DNA of 27,385 nucleotides from an uncultured Myxococcales bacterium (GTDB lineage: Bacteria; Myxococcota_A; Bradymonadia; Bradymonadales; Bradymonadaceae), in assembly GCA_913058025.1 (NCBI GenBank), contig CAJXPN010000001.1, positions 1 through 27,385 of the forward strand. Direction: 5' to 3'. The first letter of the stretch is position 1; every line of letters starts with the position of its first letter. The notes beneath the pieces were generated by a model. The model was not told the DNA's origin and ran no database searches. It worked only from the letters and a program-made list of their open reading frames with translations. The translations under genes and the position numbers were made by a program. Of this stretch, positions 1 to 7,884 are shown in pieces.

Positions 1-49
1 ATCTACACAGAGTAGATCGTCGGCAGCGTCAGATGTGTATAAGAGACAG
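1..49 (+). other. Illumina Nextera adapter contamination (end of P5, i5 index AGAGTAGA, Read-1 primer site, Tn5 mosaic end); not genomic
   Basis: ATCTACAC-AGAGTAGA-TCGTCGGCAGCGTC-AGATGTGTATAAGAGACAG is the standard Nextera i5 primer plus the 19-bp mosaic end. It gives the artefactual peptide MCIRDS at the start of ORF 33..638. Confidence 0.99.
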
Positions 50-50
50 C

Positions 51-638
51 TTCCTCGCCCAGTTCGACGCCCACCTCGCCGCCCACCCCTACGCGCTCGG
101 CCCGCGACCCACCGTCGCCGACTTCGGGCTCATGGCCCCGCTCTACGCCCACCTCTACCGCGACCCCTACTCGGGTCGGCTCATGCGCCGCCTCGCCCCG
201 CGCGTCCACGACTGGGTCGAGCGGATGAACGCGCCCGAGACCCAGGACCTCGACGCGCCCTTCGAGGTCCTGGGCGAGGATCACGTCCCCGAGACGCTGC
301 TCCCGATCCTGTCGCACGCGCTCGACGAGCACCTGCCCATCGTCACCGACACGTGGGCCGCGATGGCGCGCTGGCGCGCGGCAAACCCCGACGCCGATAA
401 CTTCCCCAGGTTCGTCGGGAGGCACACGTTCCGCATCGGCGAGGCGACCTCGGAGCGCTCGATCCAGTCGTACACGGCGTGGATGAGCCAGCGCACGTTC
501 GCGGCGTGGCGCGCGCTGGGCGACGCCGACCGCGCGTACTTCGCCCAGGCGCTGGGTGCGGAGCGCGTCGCCCAGCTCGACCTCGACCTGCCCTTCGCGC
601 TCGAGCGCGAGCGGGGCAGGGTGAGGGTCCCCCAGTGA
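51..638 (+). CDS. Glutathione S-transferase family protein, C-terminal part (5' truncated by adapter/contig end)
   Basis: FLAQFDAHLAAHPYALGPRPTVADFGLMAPLYAHL...VHDWVERM matches the GST C-terminal N-capping/hydrophobic-staple pattern (L-G-x-x-P-T/S-x-A-D). The ATG at 33 lies inside the adapter. Confidence 0.85.
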   Translation, partial: FLAQFDAHLAAHPYALGPRPTVADFGLMAPLYAHLYRDPYSGRLMRRLAPRVHDWVERMNAPETQDLDAPFEVLGEDHVPETLLPILSHALDEHLPIVTDTWAAMARWRAANPDADNFPRFVGRHTFRIGEATSERSIQSYTAWMSQRTFAAWRALGDADRAYFAQALGAERVAQLDLDLPFALERERGRVRVPQ

Positions 639-669
639 GCGAACGACGCGCCGACGCGCGGAGGTACCC

Positions 670-1281
670 GTGACCCGAGCTGCGTTGATTCTGAGCGTGT
701 CGTGCCTCGCGGCGTGCGGGCCTCGCCACGTCGACACGCCTGCGCCCCTCATCGAGGCGCCGTCGCCCGTTCGAGAGCCCGCGCGCGAACGCCCCACCTC
801 ACTCGACGGCCTGACCCAGGGCGAGCTCGCGCTCGTGGTGACCCTCGACGGCGTCGACGTCTGGGACGGCCTCGAGCACCGCGTCCCGCTCGACGGCTGC
901 CCGCCCGACGGCCCCACCGTGTGCACGCGCCCAGGCGTCGACGTCCGGCGCACGCTCCAGCGCACGCGTACGGTGGACCCCGCAGACGCGCAGGCCTCCG
1001 AGCGCGCGCTGGATGCGCTCATGGGCGTCCAGGACACGCGGCGGCTCTACAACGTCCTGGTCGAGATCAAGGCCGCCGATCCCTCGCGAGAGAGCGTCTA
1101 CCTCGCGGCCGACCCCGAGATCCCCTACGCGTTCATCGTCCAGCTGCTCGACCTCACGCGCGCCTACAGGGTCAACGCCGACCTCACGGGCTGGTTCGAG
1201 GACGACGCGGTGTTTCAGGAGGCCGCCCTCCGAGAGGACGCGCCGTTCTTCCCGCACGTCGCCTTCGTCGCGAACGAGTGA
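670..1281 (+). CDS. Lipoprotein with C-terminal ExbD/TolR-like domain
   Basis: GTG start; signal peptide with lipobox CLAA|C; Pro-rich linker. ESVYLAADPEIPYAFIVQLLDLTR...FFPHVAF resembles the ExbD/TolR periplasmic motif (V-x-I-x-A-D-x4-Y-x2-(I/V)-x2-(V/L)-(M/L)-D). Confidence 0.65.
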   Translation: MTRAALILSVSCLAACGPRHVDTPAPLIEAPSPVREPARERPTSLDGLTQGELALVVTLDGVDVWDGLEHRVPLDGCPPDGPTVCTRPGVDVRRTLQRTRTVDPADAQASERALDALMGVQDTRRLYNVLVEIKAADPSRESVYLAADPEIPYAFIVQLLDLTRAYRVNADLTGWFEDDAVFQEAALREDAPFFPHVAFVANE

Positions 1282-1288
1282 CGTGGGC

Positions 1289-4200
1289 TCAGAACCTCAC
1301 GGCCCAGCGTCGGCGCGCGAACACGCGCCAGCGGTCCGATCCCAGATCCTCATAGGTGAGCGCGTCGAAGTCGAAGTCGTCGATGCTCGCCGAGGTCACC
1401 CTCATGAAGAGGCGCTGGGCAGGGTAGGGGACGGGGCGCTCTGCGGCCGGGAGCCCCGAGAAGTCCGGGAACTCGGGCAGGCGCACCGACGTCTGGGTCC
1501 CCGGGACGATCGCGGTCCAGACGGGGAGCCCGAGCTCGTTCGTGAGCACCAGGAAGGTCACGTCGGGGTAGTACGGGCCGTCGGCCTGCCAGCGGATCTC
1601 GTTGTCCACGACGAACAGGTCGGGCAGCGGGCGCACCGGCTCGGGCACGTCGAGCAGCGGCCCGAGCTCGACCACCTGAGACATGTCCGAGATGCCCGTG
1701 ACGCTCGTCTGCGTGAGCGGCTCGTATTGTCCCGTGTAGGACCCCCCGATGAGCGTCACCGTGACGTCGGCGAGCAGCCCAGTGAGCGCGGGTTGTCCGG
1801 TGATCGAGAGCAGCGAGCTCAGCCCGGAGGCGCCCGTCGGTGAGGGGAAGACCCCCTCGAAGCCGAAGTCCCAGAACGCGCGCACTCTGTTGTTGTCGGG
1901 TCCCAGCGGGTTGTAGATGGGGTTGATGAGCTTGACGTCGAGCTGCTCCTCGAGCGGTATGTCGCACTCGAGGTCGACCTCGTACTCGCCGCGGTCGCTG
2001 ATGAACAGGAAGCGCTCGACGGCCATGTATTGAGGCGCGAAGGAGTCGGTGTCCTCATCGTACACGCCACACATCGCCACGACCGCGAGGTCGCCGATCC
2101 TCGTGTTGATCTCGTAGTCGCCTTCACCCAGGACGACGGACCCGGGCCCCGGATCGGGCGTCCCACCGAACACGCTCGACTGCGTCGTGCGCACGATGAC
2201 CATGTCGTAGGTGCGCGCGTCCGAGGGGTCGGACAGCTTGCCAGGCGTCGTGACCACGCCGCGCACGATGCCGAACGGTGGAGGGTCGCCGCCGCCGCCG
2301 CCGCCACCCGGGCTGGGGGGCGGTGGCTCGGTCGGGTTCAGGAAGATCGTGATGTCCTCGGCGTCGATCGCCTGGATGAGCGCCGACGAGAAGCCCGCTG
2401 CCGTCGCCGTGACCGTCTGCGCGCCCAGCACGTCCGCGCCGGAGAGCGTGATCTGGCCGTTGACGTCCGTGAACCCCTGGTACTGGGTGTCGGGGCGCGT
2501 CGAGAGCATCACGAACGCGCCCGGGAGCGCGGCGCCGCCTGCGTCGAACACCGAGACGTTCACCGCGCCGTCGATCGGCGCGCCCGAGGCGCCGCCGAAC
2601 CTCGAAGCGGGGTTGTAGTACTCGAAGTCGTACGGCGCGAGCGCGCGCCGCGCGCCCTCGACGACCTCCACGCCAGCCTCTCCCGCCGCGCCAGCGGGGG
2701 TCCTGAACGTGAGGTTGTTGCGGTCGAGCCTGCGCAGGCTCGAGCCTCGCCTTCCGCCCACGAGCGCCTCGAGCGCGCCGTAGAAGCCTCGGCCCCGGAT
2801 CGTCACGAACGTGCCCCCCGAGATCGCGCCACGCACGGGCGTGTACCCCCAGATCTCGAGCGGCTCGGTGTAGGTGTAGCCGTCGACGAGGAGGCCGCGC
2901 GCGCCGTCGGCGCGCACCTCGACGTCCACCTCGCCAGCTCCATGGGCAGGCGCGATCACGTCGATCTCGGTGTCCGACAGGACCGTGAACGCGGCGGGCA
3001 CGCTGCCGAAGAGGACCTCCTCGGCGCCAGTGAACCCCTCGCCCTGTAGCCGGATCGCCTCTCCCCCGGCGACGTCTCCCTCGCTCGGGCTGAGGCCGTC
3101 GATCCACACGGTCGCGACGTACTCGTAGCCGTCGTCGAGCCGGGCGAGCTCGGCCGCGCCGTCGAACAACGTAACGTCTGCCAACCCGAGCGCGCCCGCT
3201 GGCGTGCGCACGACGGCGTGGGTCGGCCCCGACTCGATGACCGTGGCGTCCGACCCCTCGAACGCGATCCTCGCGTTCGGAGCGTCGAGGCCGAAGCCGA
3301 CCACGCGCGCGGTCGCGCCTCCCTCATCGGGCCCCGAGCCCGGCGTCACGCCGAGGAGCTGGGGCGAATCGTCTGCGCGGTAGTAGAACGCCTCCGCTGC
3401 GAACGCGGCCTCACCCCCGGCCTCGATGAGCACGTCCGCCGCGCCCACGGCCCCCGCGGGCGTGCGCACCGTCACGGTGTCCGCAACGGGGTCCACCGAG
3501 ACGACCTCGGCCTGGGCTCCGCCGATGCGCACGGTCGCGCCGACGGTGACGCCTGGCGCCTCGATCACCACGGTCTCACCGCCCGCCGCGAGGCCGCTCG
3601 CGGGCGTGATCGCGCCGACAGTCAGCGGCGAGTAGTACGTCACCGCGTCCTCGGCCACCGCGCCACCGCGGCGCGTCGTGACGCGCACGTCGACCACGCC
3701 CTCGGCGCGCGGCGGCGCGAGCGCGCGGGCGGTCTCACCGTCGATGAAGATCACGCGAAGCGCGCCCTCGCCGCCCACGCTCACGGCCATCTCGGGGGAG
3801 AATCCTTCGCCACGCAGTGACAGCTCGACGCCACCAGAGGTCGGCACGCGCGCGGGCGTCACCGATGTCAGGCGCAGCCCGTTCGTGTACGTGAACCCAT
3901 CAGGCAGCGCGACCACGCGCCCGTCCGGGTGGATCGCCTTCACGGTCACGGGGCCAGAGCCCAGAGCAGGGGGGGTGTCGCCCACGAGCCCCGCGCCGCC
4001 AGGGACGACGTCCATGAGCGCGCTGCCGAGGAACACCCTGGTGCCCTCGACGAGGCCTTCTCCAGAGATCCTCACACGCGATCCGCCCTCGACGGGTCCC
4101 GTCGGGGGCACGATCGCCGTGAGCGTGAACGCGTCTGGATCGATGGGGCCGGTGTCTTCCTCGACGGGGTCCGCGTCGGGCGCGGCGTCGGCACCCGCGT

Positions 4201-4435
4201 CCTCGACCACGAGGTCCGCGTCGTCTCCGGAGTCGACGCCTGCGTCCTGGGGAGTTGGCCCTGTGTCCGGGGCGGCTGAGTCCACGCCTGGGTTTGCGTC
4301 GACGATCGAGACGTCGGGGCCTGCGTCCGTGCCCTCCTCGGTCGTGTCGTCACTGCACGCGGGAGCGAGCAGCGCGAGCGCGAGCGCCCACGTGGTCACG
4401 ACCGCTCGTCTGCTGCTCGTCTGGTCGTCGCGCAC
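1289..4435 (-). CDS. Large surface/outer-membrane lipoprotein with six IPT/TIG domains, a carboxypeptidase-regulatory-like beta-sandwich and an unknown C-terminal region (paralog A, 1048 aa)
   Basis: GGAGGAG RBS before GTG; lipobox LAPA|C (Cys27); acidic DAG/DTG-rich stalk. Six repeats start FTLTAIVPPTGPVEGG, LRLTSVTPARVPTSGG, LTVGAITPASGLAAGG, PQLLGVTPGSGPDEGG, VWIDGLSPSEGDVAGG and LEIWGYTPVRGAISGG, and most end in F/Y-x-Y (approx. 2610-4130). Confidence 0.88.
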   Translation of the reverse strand: MRDDQTSSRRAVVTTWALALALLAPACSDDTTEEGTDAGPDVSIVDANPGVDSAAPDTGPTPQDAGVDSGDDADLVVEDAGADAAPDADPVEEDTGPIDPDAFTLTAIVPPTGPVEGGSRVRISGEGLVEGTRVFLGSALMDVVPGGAGLVGDTPPALGSGPVTVKAIHPDGRVVALPDGFTYTNGLRLTSVTPARVPTSGGVELSLRGEGFSPEMAVSVGGEGALRVIFIDGETARALAPPRAEGVVDVRVTTRRGGAVAEDAVTYYSPLTVGAITPASGLAAGGETVVIEAPGVTVGATVRIGGAQAEVVSVDPVADTVTVRTPAGAVGAADVLIEAGGEAAFAAEAFYYRADDSPQLLGVTPGSGPDEGGATARVVGFGLDAPNARIAFEGSDATVIESGPTHAVVRTPAGALGLADVTLFDGAAELARLDDGYEYVATVWIDGLSPSEGDVAGGEAIRLQGEGFTGAEEVLFGSVPAAFTVLSDTEIDVIAPAHGAGEVDVEVRADGARGLLVDGYTYTEPLEIWGYTPVRGAISGGTFVTIRGRGFYGALEALVGGRRGSSLRRLDRNNLTFRTPAGAAGEAGVEVVEGARRALAPYDFEYYNPASRFGGASGAPIDGAVNVSVFDAGGAALPGAFVMLSTRPDTQYQGFTDVNGQITLSGADVLGAQTVTATAAGFSSALIQAIDAEDITIFLNPTEPPPPSPGGGGGGGDPPPFGIVRGVVTTPGKLSDPSDARTYDMVIVRTTQSSVFGGTPDPGPGSVVLGEGDYEINTRIGDLAVVAMCGVYDEDTDSFAPQYMAVERFLFISDRGEYEVDLECDIPLEEQLDVKLINPIYNPLGPDNNRVRAFWDFGFEGVFPSPTGASGLSSLLSITGQPALTGLLADVTVTLIGGSYTGQYEPLTQTSVTGISDMSQVVELGPLLDVPEPVRPLPDLFVVDNEIRWQADGPYYPDVTFLVLTNELGLPVWTAIVPGTQTSVRLPEFPDFSGLPAAERPVPYPAQRLFMRVTSASIDDFDFDALTYEDLGSDRWRVFARRRWAVRF
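2475..2519. repeat. 45-bp exact direct repeat shared by the two IPT/TIG paralogs (copy 1)
   Basis: ccctggtactgggtgtcggggcgcgtcgagagcatcacgaacgcg occurs at 2475-2519 and 5691-5735. Confidence 0.92.
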
Positions 4436-4492
4436 GCGCTCCTCCGATGTCTCTACGAGATGCCGCTCAGGTCCGAGGGCTTGGATGCGTCA

Positions 4493-7400
4493 TCACAGCT
4501 GGATGAATCGCACCGCCAGCGAGTACGCGTCCCAGTTCGCCGGGTCGAGGTCGCCGTACGTGAAGTTGTTCACGTCCACGCCGGGCTTCTCGATCGCGTA
4601 GATGACCACGGGGGTCGAGATGCCCTTGAAGGGGGCAGGGCGGTCCTCCTCGGGCAACGCCGAGAAGTCCGGGAACTGCGGGATGCGCACGCTGCGGGCC
4701 GAGCCCGGCAGGAAGACGTCCCAGTAGGGCACGGGGCCGGCGATCGTGAGCTCGAGGATCTGCACCTGGAACATGTCCGGCTGGCGCGACGAGTTGTAGT
4801 TGAAGCTCACCAGGCCGTTCGTGGGCGAGGCGCCCTGGGCCGGGGCGGTGAACTCGGCCACACCGAGCAGACCAGGCAGCTCCACGAGCCCCGACGTGTC
4901 CGTCACGCCGCGCTTGAATCCGATCGAGAGCGGGTAGCCCGCCCCCTGCGCCGTGAGCGTCTGCGCGCCACCCTCGACGTCGTACTGGACGTCGGCGAGG
5001 TCGCCCGCCAGCGAGGGCAGGCTAGTCACCGTCACGAGGTTCGCGCCGCCGGGGCCCTTCGTGTTCCCGAGCTCACCGAAGACGCCGTCGAAGCCCATGT
5101 CCATCCACGGCTTGACGTAGGTCTCGTTCGGACCGACCACCGCGTCGAACGGCGTGTCGTTCATCTTCACGACCATCGTCTGGTCGAGCGGGATGTCGAG
5201 CTCCAGGTCGATCTGGTAGGTCTGCCCCTCCGAGGCCGTCAGGTAACGCTTCACGCCCATGGCGATGGGGGTGAACGTCCCGTCACGGTTGTCGTAGATC
5301 CCGCCGAGCACCACGATGGCGAGGTCGCCCAGGCGCGACGTGATCGCGTAGTCACCGTCGGCCAGGAGCACCGCGTCGGGGCCAGGGGCGGGGTTCTCGT
5401 TCCCCTGGCTCGCCTGGGTCGTGTAGACGTAGGCGATCTTGAACTGAGAGGCGCCCGGCTCGGCGAGCTTATTGAGGCCCTTGAGCGAGCCCTCGAAGCG
5501 CGCCGGCGCAGGAGGCGTGGGCGGCTCACCCTGAGACGGCGGGACCTCCGGCTGGAGGAACACCGTCACGTTCTCCGCGTCCACGCTCTGGACCGTCGAG
5601 GACGAGTGGCCCGCCGCGATCGCGGTGATCGTCTGCGCGCCGTAGACCTCGGGGCCCGACAGCGTGATCATCCCGTTGACGTCGGTGTAGCCCTGGTACT
5701 GGGTGTCGGGGCGCGTCGAGAGCATCACGAACGCGGTCTCGATGGGCGTGCCCGCGTACGAGTACACCGTCACGTTGACCGAGCCGCGGATCGCGCCGCC
5801 CCAGGAGCCACCGAAGCGCGCGCCCGGGTTGAAGTAGGAGAATTGCTCGGGCGAGGTCTTCGACTCGGCGCCGTTCGTGACGACCACGTCGACCGCTCCC
5901 GTCACGCCGGGGGGCGTGCGCACCGAGAGCGTCTGAGCGTCGAGCACGCGGACCTCCGGTGCCTGTGTGCCGCCGAACGTCACGTCCACCGCGCCCACGA
6001 ACCCGCGCCCGCGAAGCTCCACGTAGGTCCCGCCAGCGATCGAGCCGCGCACCGGGAACATCCCGTACACGTCGAGCTGCTCGGTGTAGGTGAACCCGTC
6101 ACGGAACGTCGCCTTGATGGGGCCACGCTCGACCACCACGTCCACCACGCCCGCCGAGCGAGAGGGCGCCGTCGCCGTGATCTCGGTCGCCGAGTCCACC
6201 GCGAACGCCGCCGGCACTCCGCCGAACAGCACGCGCGTGGCGCCCGTGTAACCCTCTCCCTCGATGAGCACCTGCGCGCCGCCTGCGGCGTCCGCCGTGT
6301 TCGGGGTGATGCGATCGATCCAGATGTCCGAGACGTACTCGAACCCGCCCGCGAGCGTCGAGCTGTCCGCGCCCGCGTTCACCACGACGTCCACGACGCC
6401 GATCGCGCCGGCCGGCGTGCGCACCACCGCGCTGCCCGTGTCCTGCGACACGATCGTCGCCAGCGCCCCGCCGAAGCGGACCTCCAAGCCCGCGGCGTCC
6501 AGCCCCGCGCCCGTCAGCGTCACGTCCACGCCGCCCGAGATCGGGCCGACCTGCGGTGAGACCGCCGCGACCGCGATCCCCGAGCCGTCGTCGTAATAGA
6601 ACGCGTCCGGCGCGATCGTCGCCTCACCGCCCACGAGCACCACGCGCACGTCCGCCAGCCCGGCCGAGCCCGCAGGCGTCGTCACCTCGATCTCGTCGCC
6701 GGCCGGAGACACGGAGGTCACCGTCGCAGGCACGTTGTCGAACTCCACCGCCGCGTCCTGCTCGAAGCCCGAGCCTCGCACGACCACCGCGTCGCCTCCC
6801 GCGGCCACGCCCACCGCGGGCGACAGAGACGTGATCTCGAGCGGGGCGTAGTACGTCACCGCGTCGGGCAACGTCATCGTCGCGCTGGCGTTCGTGACGC
6901 GCGCGTCCGCATCGCCGACCTGGCCCGCAGGCGCCAACACACGCATCAACGTCGGGCTGAGCAGCTCGTGGCGAAGCGCCGTCTGGCCGCCCAGGCTGAG
7001 GCGCGTCTGCGCGTCGAAGCCTGCGCCCTGAATCGTCAGCTCCACGCCTCCCTGCACGGGAATGTTCCTGGGGGTCACGCTCGTGAGGCCCAGCGAGGCC
7101 GAATACGAGAAGCCTCCCGTGAGCGTGTCGTCCCCGTACTCCGGGTCCAACAGCTTCACGTCCACCGAGCCCGGCGCCACGCCCGCGGGCGTGGCGCCCA
7201 CCAGCGTGCCCTCGATCAACGCCACTTGCGCAGGCGCGCCGCCGAAGTACACCACCGTCGCGTCGGTGAACCCGACCCCGTCGATCACGAACGGAGTCCC
7301 CCCATCCACGGGGCCTCGCGGCGGCACGAGGGTGTCCACGCGCAGCTCCGTGACCTCGAGGTCCGGCTCGTCCCCCGTGTCGGGCTCTTCGACGCTTGCG

Positions 7401-7654
7401 TCGGCGTCCTCGCCACCTCCGGTGTCCGAGACGCCGCCGTCATCCCCCGGTCCAGTGTCCTCCTCGGGCGTCCCGAGGTCGGGCGCCGCGTCCGCGCCGC
7501 CCGCGTCGGTCGTGGCGTCCGCGAACGCCTGCTCGTCAGGCTGCTGGGGCTGGCGATCCGGGTCCCCCGTGCACGCCCACGCGAGCGTCGCGGACAGACA
7601 CATCGTGATCGTCGCGCGTGACGCGCTCTTAATCCTCACACGGGGTGATGGCAT
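4493..7654 (-). CDS. Large lipoprotein with six IPT/TIG domains (paralog B, about 1053 aa)
   Basis: The best start is ATG 7654 (AGGAG RBS upstream); the ORF track extends to 7696. Lipobox LAWA|C, acidic stalk, six (V/I)xPxxGxxxGG IPT repeats (approx. 5825-7350). Colinear with paralog A, e.g. the shared AFVMLSTRPDTQYQG. Confidence 0.88.
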   Translation of the reverse strand: MPSPRVRIKSASRATITMCLSATLAWACTGDPDRQPQQPDEQAFADATTDAGGADAAPDLGTPEEDTGPGDDGGVSDTGGGEDADASVEEPDTGDEPDLEVTELRVDTLVPPRGPVDGGTPFVIDGVGFTDATVVYFGGAPAQVALIEGTLVGATPAGVAPGSVDVKLLDPEYGDDTLTGGFSYSASLGLTSVTPRNIPVQGGVELTIQGAGFDAQTRLSLGGQTALRHELLSPTLMRVLAPAGQVGDADARVTNASATMTLPDAVTYYAPLEITSLSPAVGVAAGGDAVVVRGSGFEQDAAVEFDNVPATVTSVSPAGDEIEVTTPAGSAGLADVRVVLVGGEATIAPDAFYYDDGSGIAVAAVSPQVGPISGGVDVTLTGAGLDAAGLEVRFGGALATIVSQDTGSAVVRTPAGAIGVVDVVVNAGADSSTLAGGFEYVSDIWIDRITPNTADAAGGAQVLIEGEGYTGATRVLFGGVPAAFAVDSATEITATAPSRSAGVVDVVVERGPIKATFRDGFTYTEQLDVYGMFPVRGSIAGGTYVELRGRGFVGAVDVTFGGTQAPEVRVLDAQTLSVRTPPGVTGAVDVVVTNGAESKTSPEQFSYFNPGARFGGSWGGAIRGSVNVTVYSYAGTPIETAFVMLSTRPDTQYQGYTDVNGMITLSGPEVYGAQTITAIAAGHSSSTVQSVDAENVTVFLQPEVPPSQGEPPTPPAPARFEGSLKGLNKLAEPGASQFKIAYVYTTQASQGNENPAPGPDAVLLADGDYAITSRLGDLAIVVLGGIYDNRDGTFTPIAMGVKRYLTASEGQTYQIDLELDIPLDQTMVVKMNDTPFDAVVGPNETYVKPWMDMGFDGVFGELGNTKGPGGANLVTVTSLPSLAGDLADVQYDVEGGAQTLTAQGAGYPLSIGFKRGVTDTSGLVELPGLLGVAEFTAPAQGASPTNGLVSFNYNSSRQPDMFQVQILELTIAGPVPYWDVFLPGSARSVRIPQFPDFSALPEEDRPAPFKGISTPVVIYAIEKPGVDVNNFTYGDLDPANWDAYSLAVRFIQL
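5691..5735. repeat. 45-bp exact direct repeat shared by the two IPT/TIG paralogs (copy 2)
   Basis: Identical to 2475-2519; encodes AFVMLSTRPDTQYQG on the minus strand. Confidence 0.92.
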
Positions 7655-7736
7655 CGCTCTCTTCTCCTGTATCTCTTTCATGGCGCGCCGCGGCACTGTG
7701 GGCCACGCCGTCGCGTCGAGTCTCTCTTACGCGGTG

Positions 7737-7765
7737 AGTATAGGGATCGCCCACCATCCATTCAA
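7737..7765 (-). promoter_or_regulatory. Sigma70-type promoter for the IPT/TIG lipoprotein pair
   Basis: Minus strand TTGAAT (7765-7760), 17-nt spacer, TATACT (7742-7737). Each box matches consensus at 4-5 of 6 positions, in a ~70% GC background, about 80 nt upstream of ATG 7654. Confidence 0.65.
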
Positions 7766-7884
7766 CTCGCCCGAGCCCACCCACCATCGCGTCGCAGTGT
7801 CGTTTCCGATCTCCACCAACAGAGAACGCGCGGCGACCCCCTTGGGTTTCGCCGCGCGTTCGTACGCTCGCTGTGCCTCGTGGG

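Noticed and set aside
3-1037. 344-aa minus-strand ORF and 175-aa ORF 26825-27352, plus other ORFs beginning MCIRD or ending VSYTHLTLPTIYSV
   Set aside because: Their termini come from adapter sequence, and they are antisense shadows of real genes.
4460-6559. Long antisense or alternate-frame ORFs (e.g. 4460-6559, 2030-3049, 10090-11490, 12714-14189, 14545-16695, 17331-18998, 19586-20836, 24107-25423)
   Set aside because: They are Arg/Gly/Ala-rich translations lying opposite well-supported genes. This is expected in ~70% GC DNA, where the strong codon bias removes antisense stops, and they show no motifs.
2610-7350. IPT repeats as a CRISPR-like or nucleotide-level repeat array
   Set aside because: The periodicity is at the protein-domain level with divergent DNA. 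There are no constant repeat-spacer units or cas genes, and no rRNA or tRNA was seen anywhere in the window.
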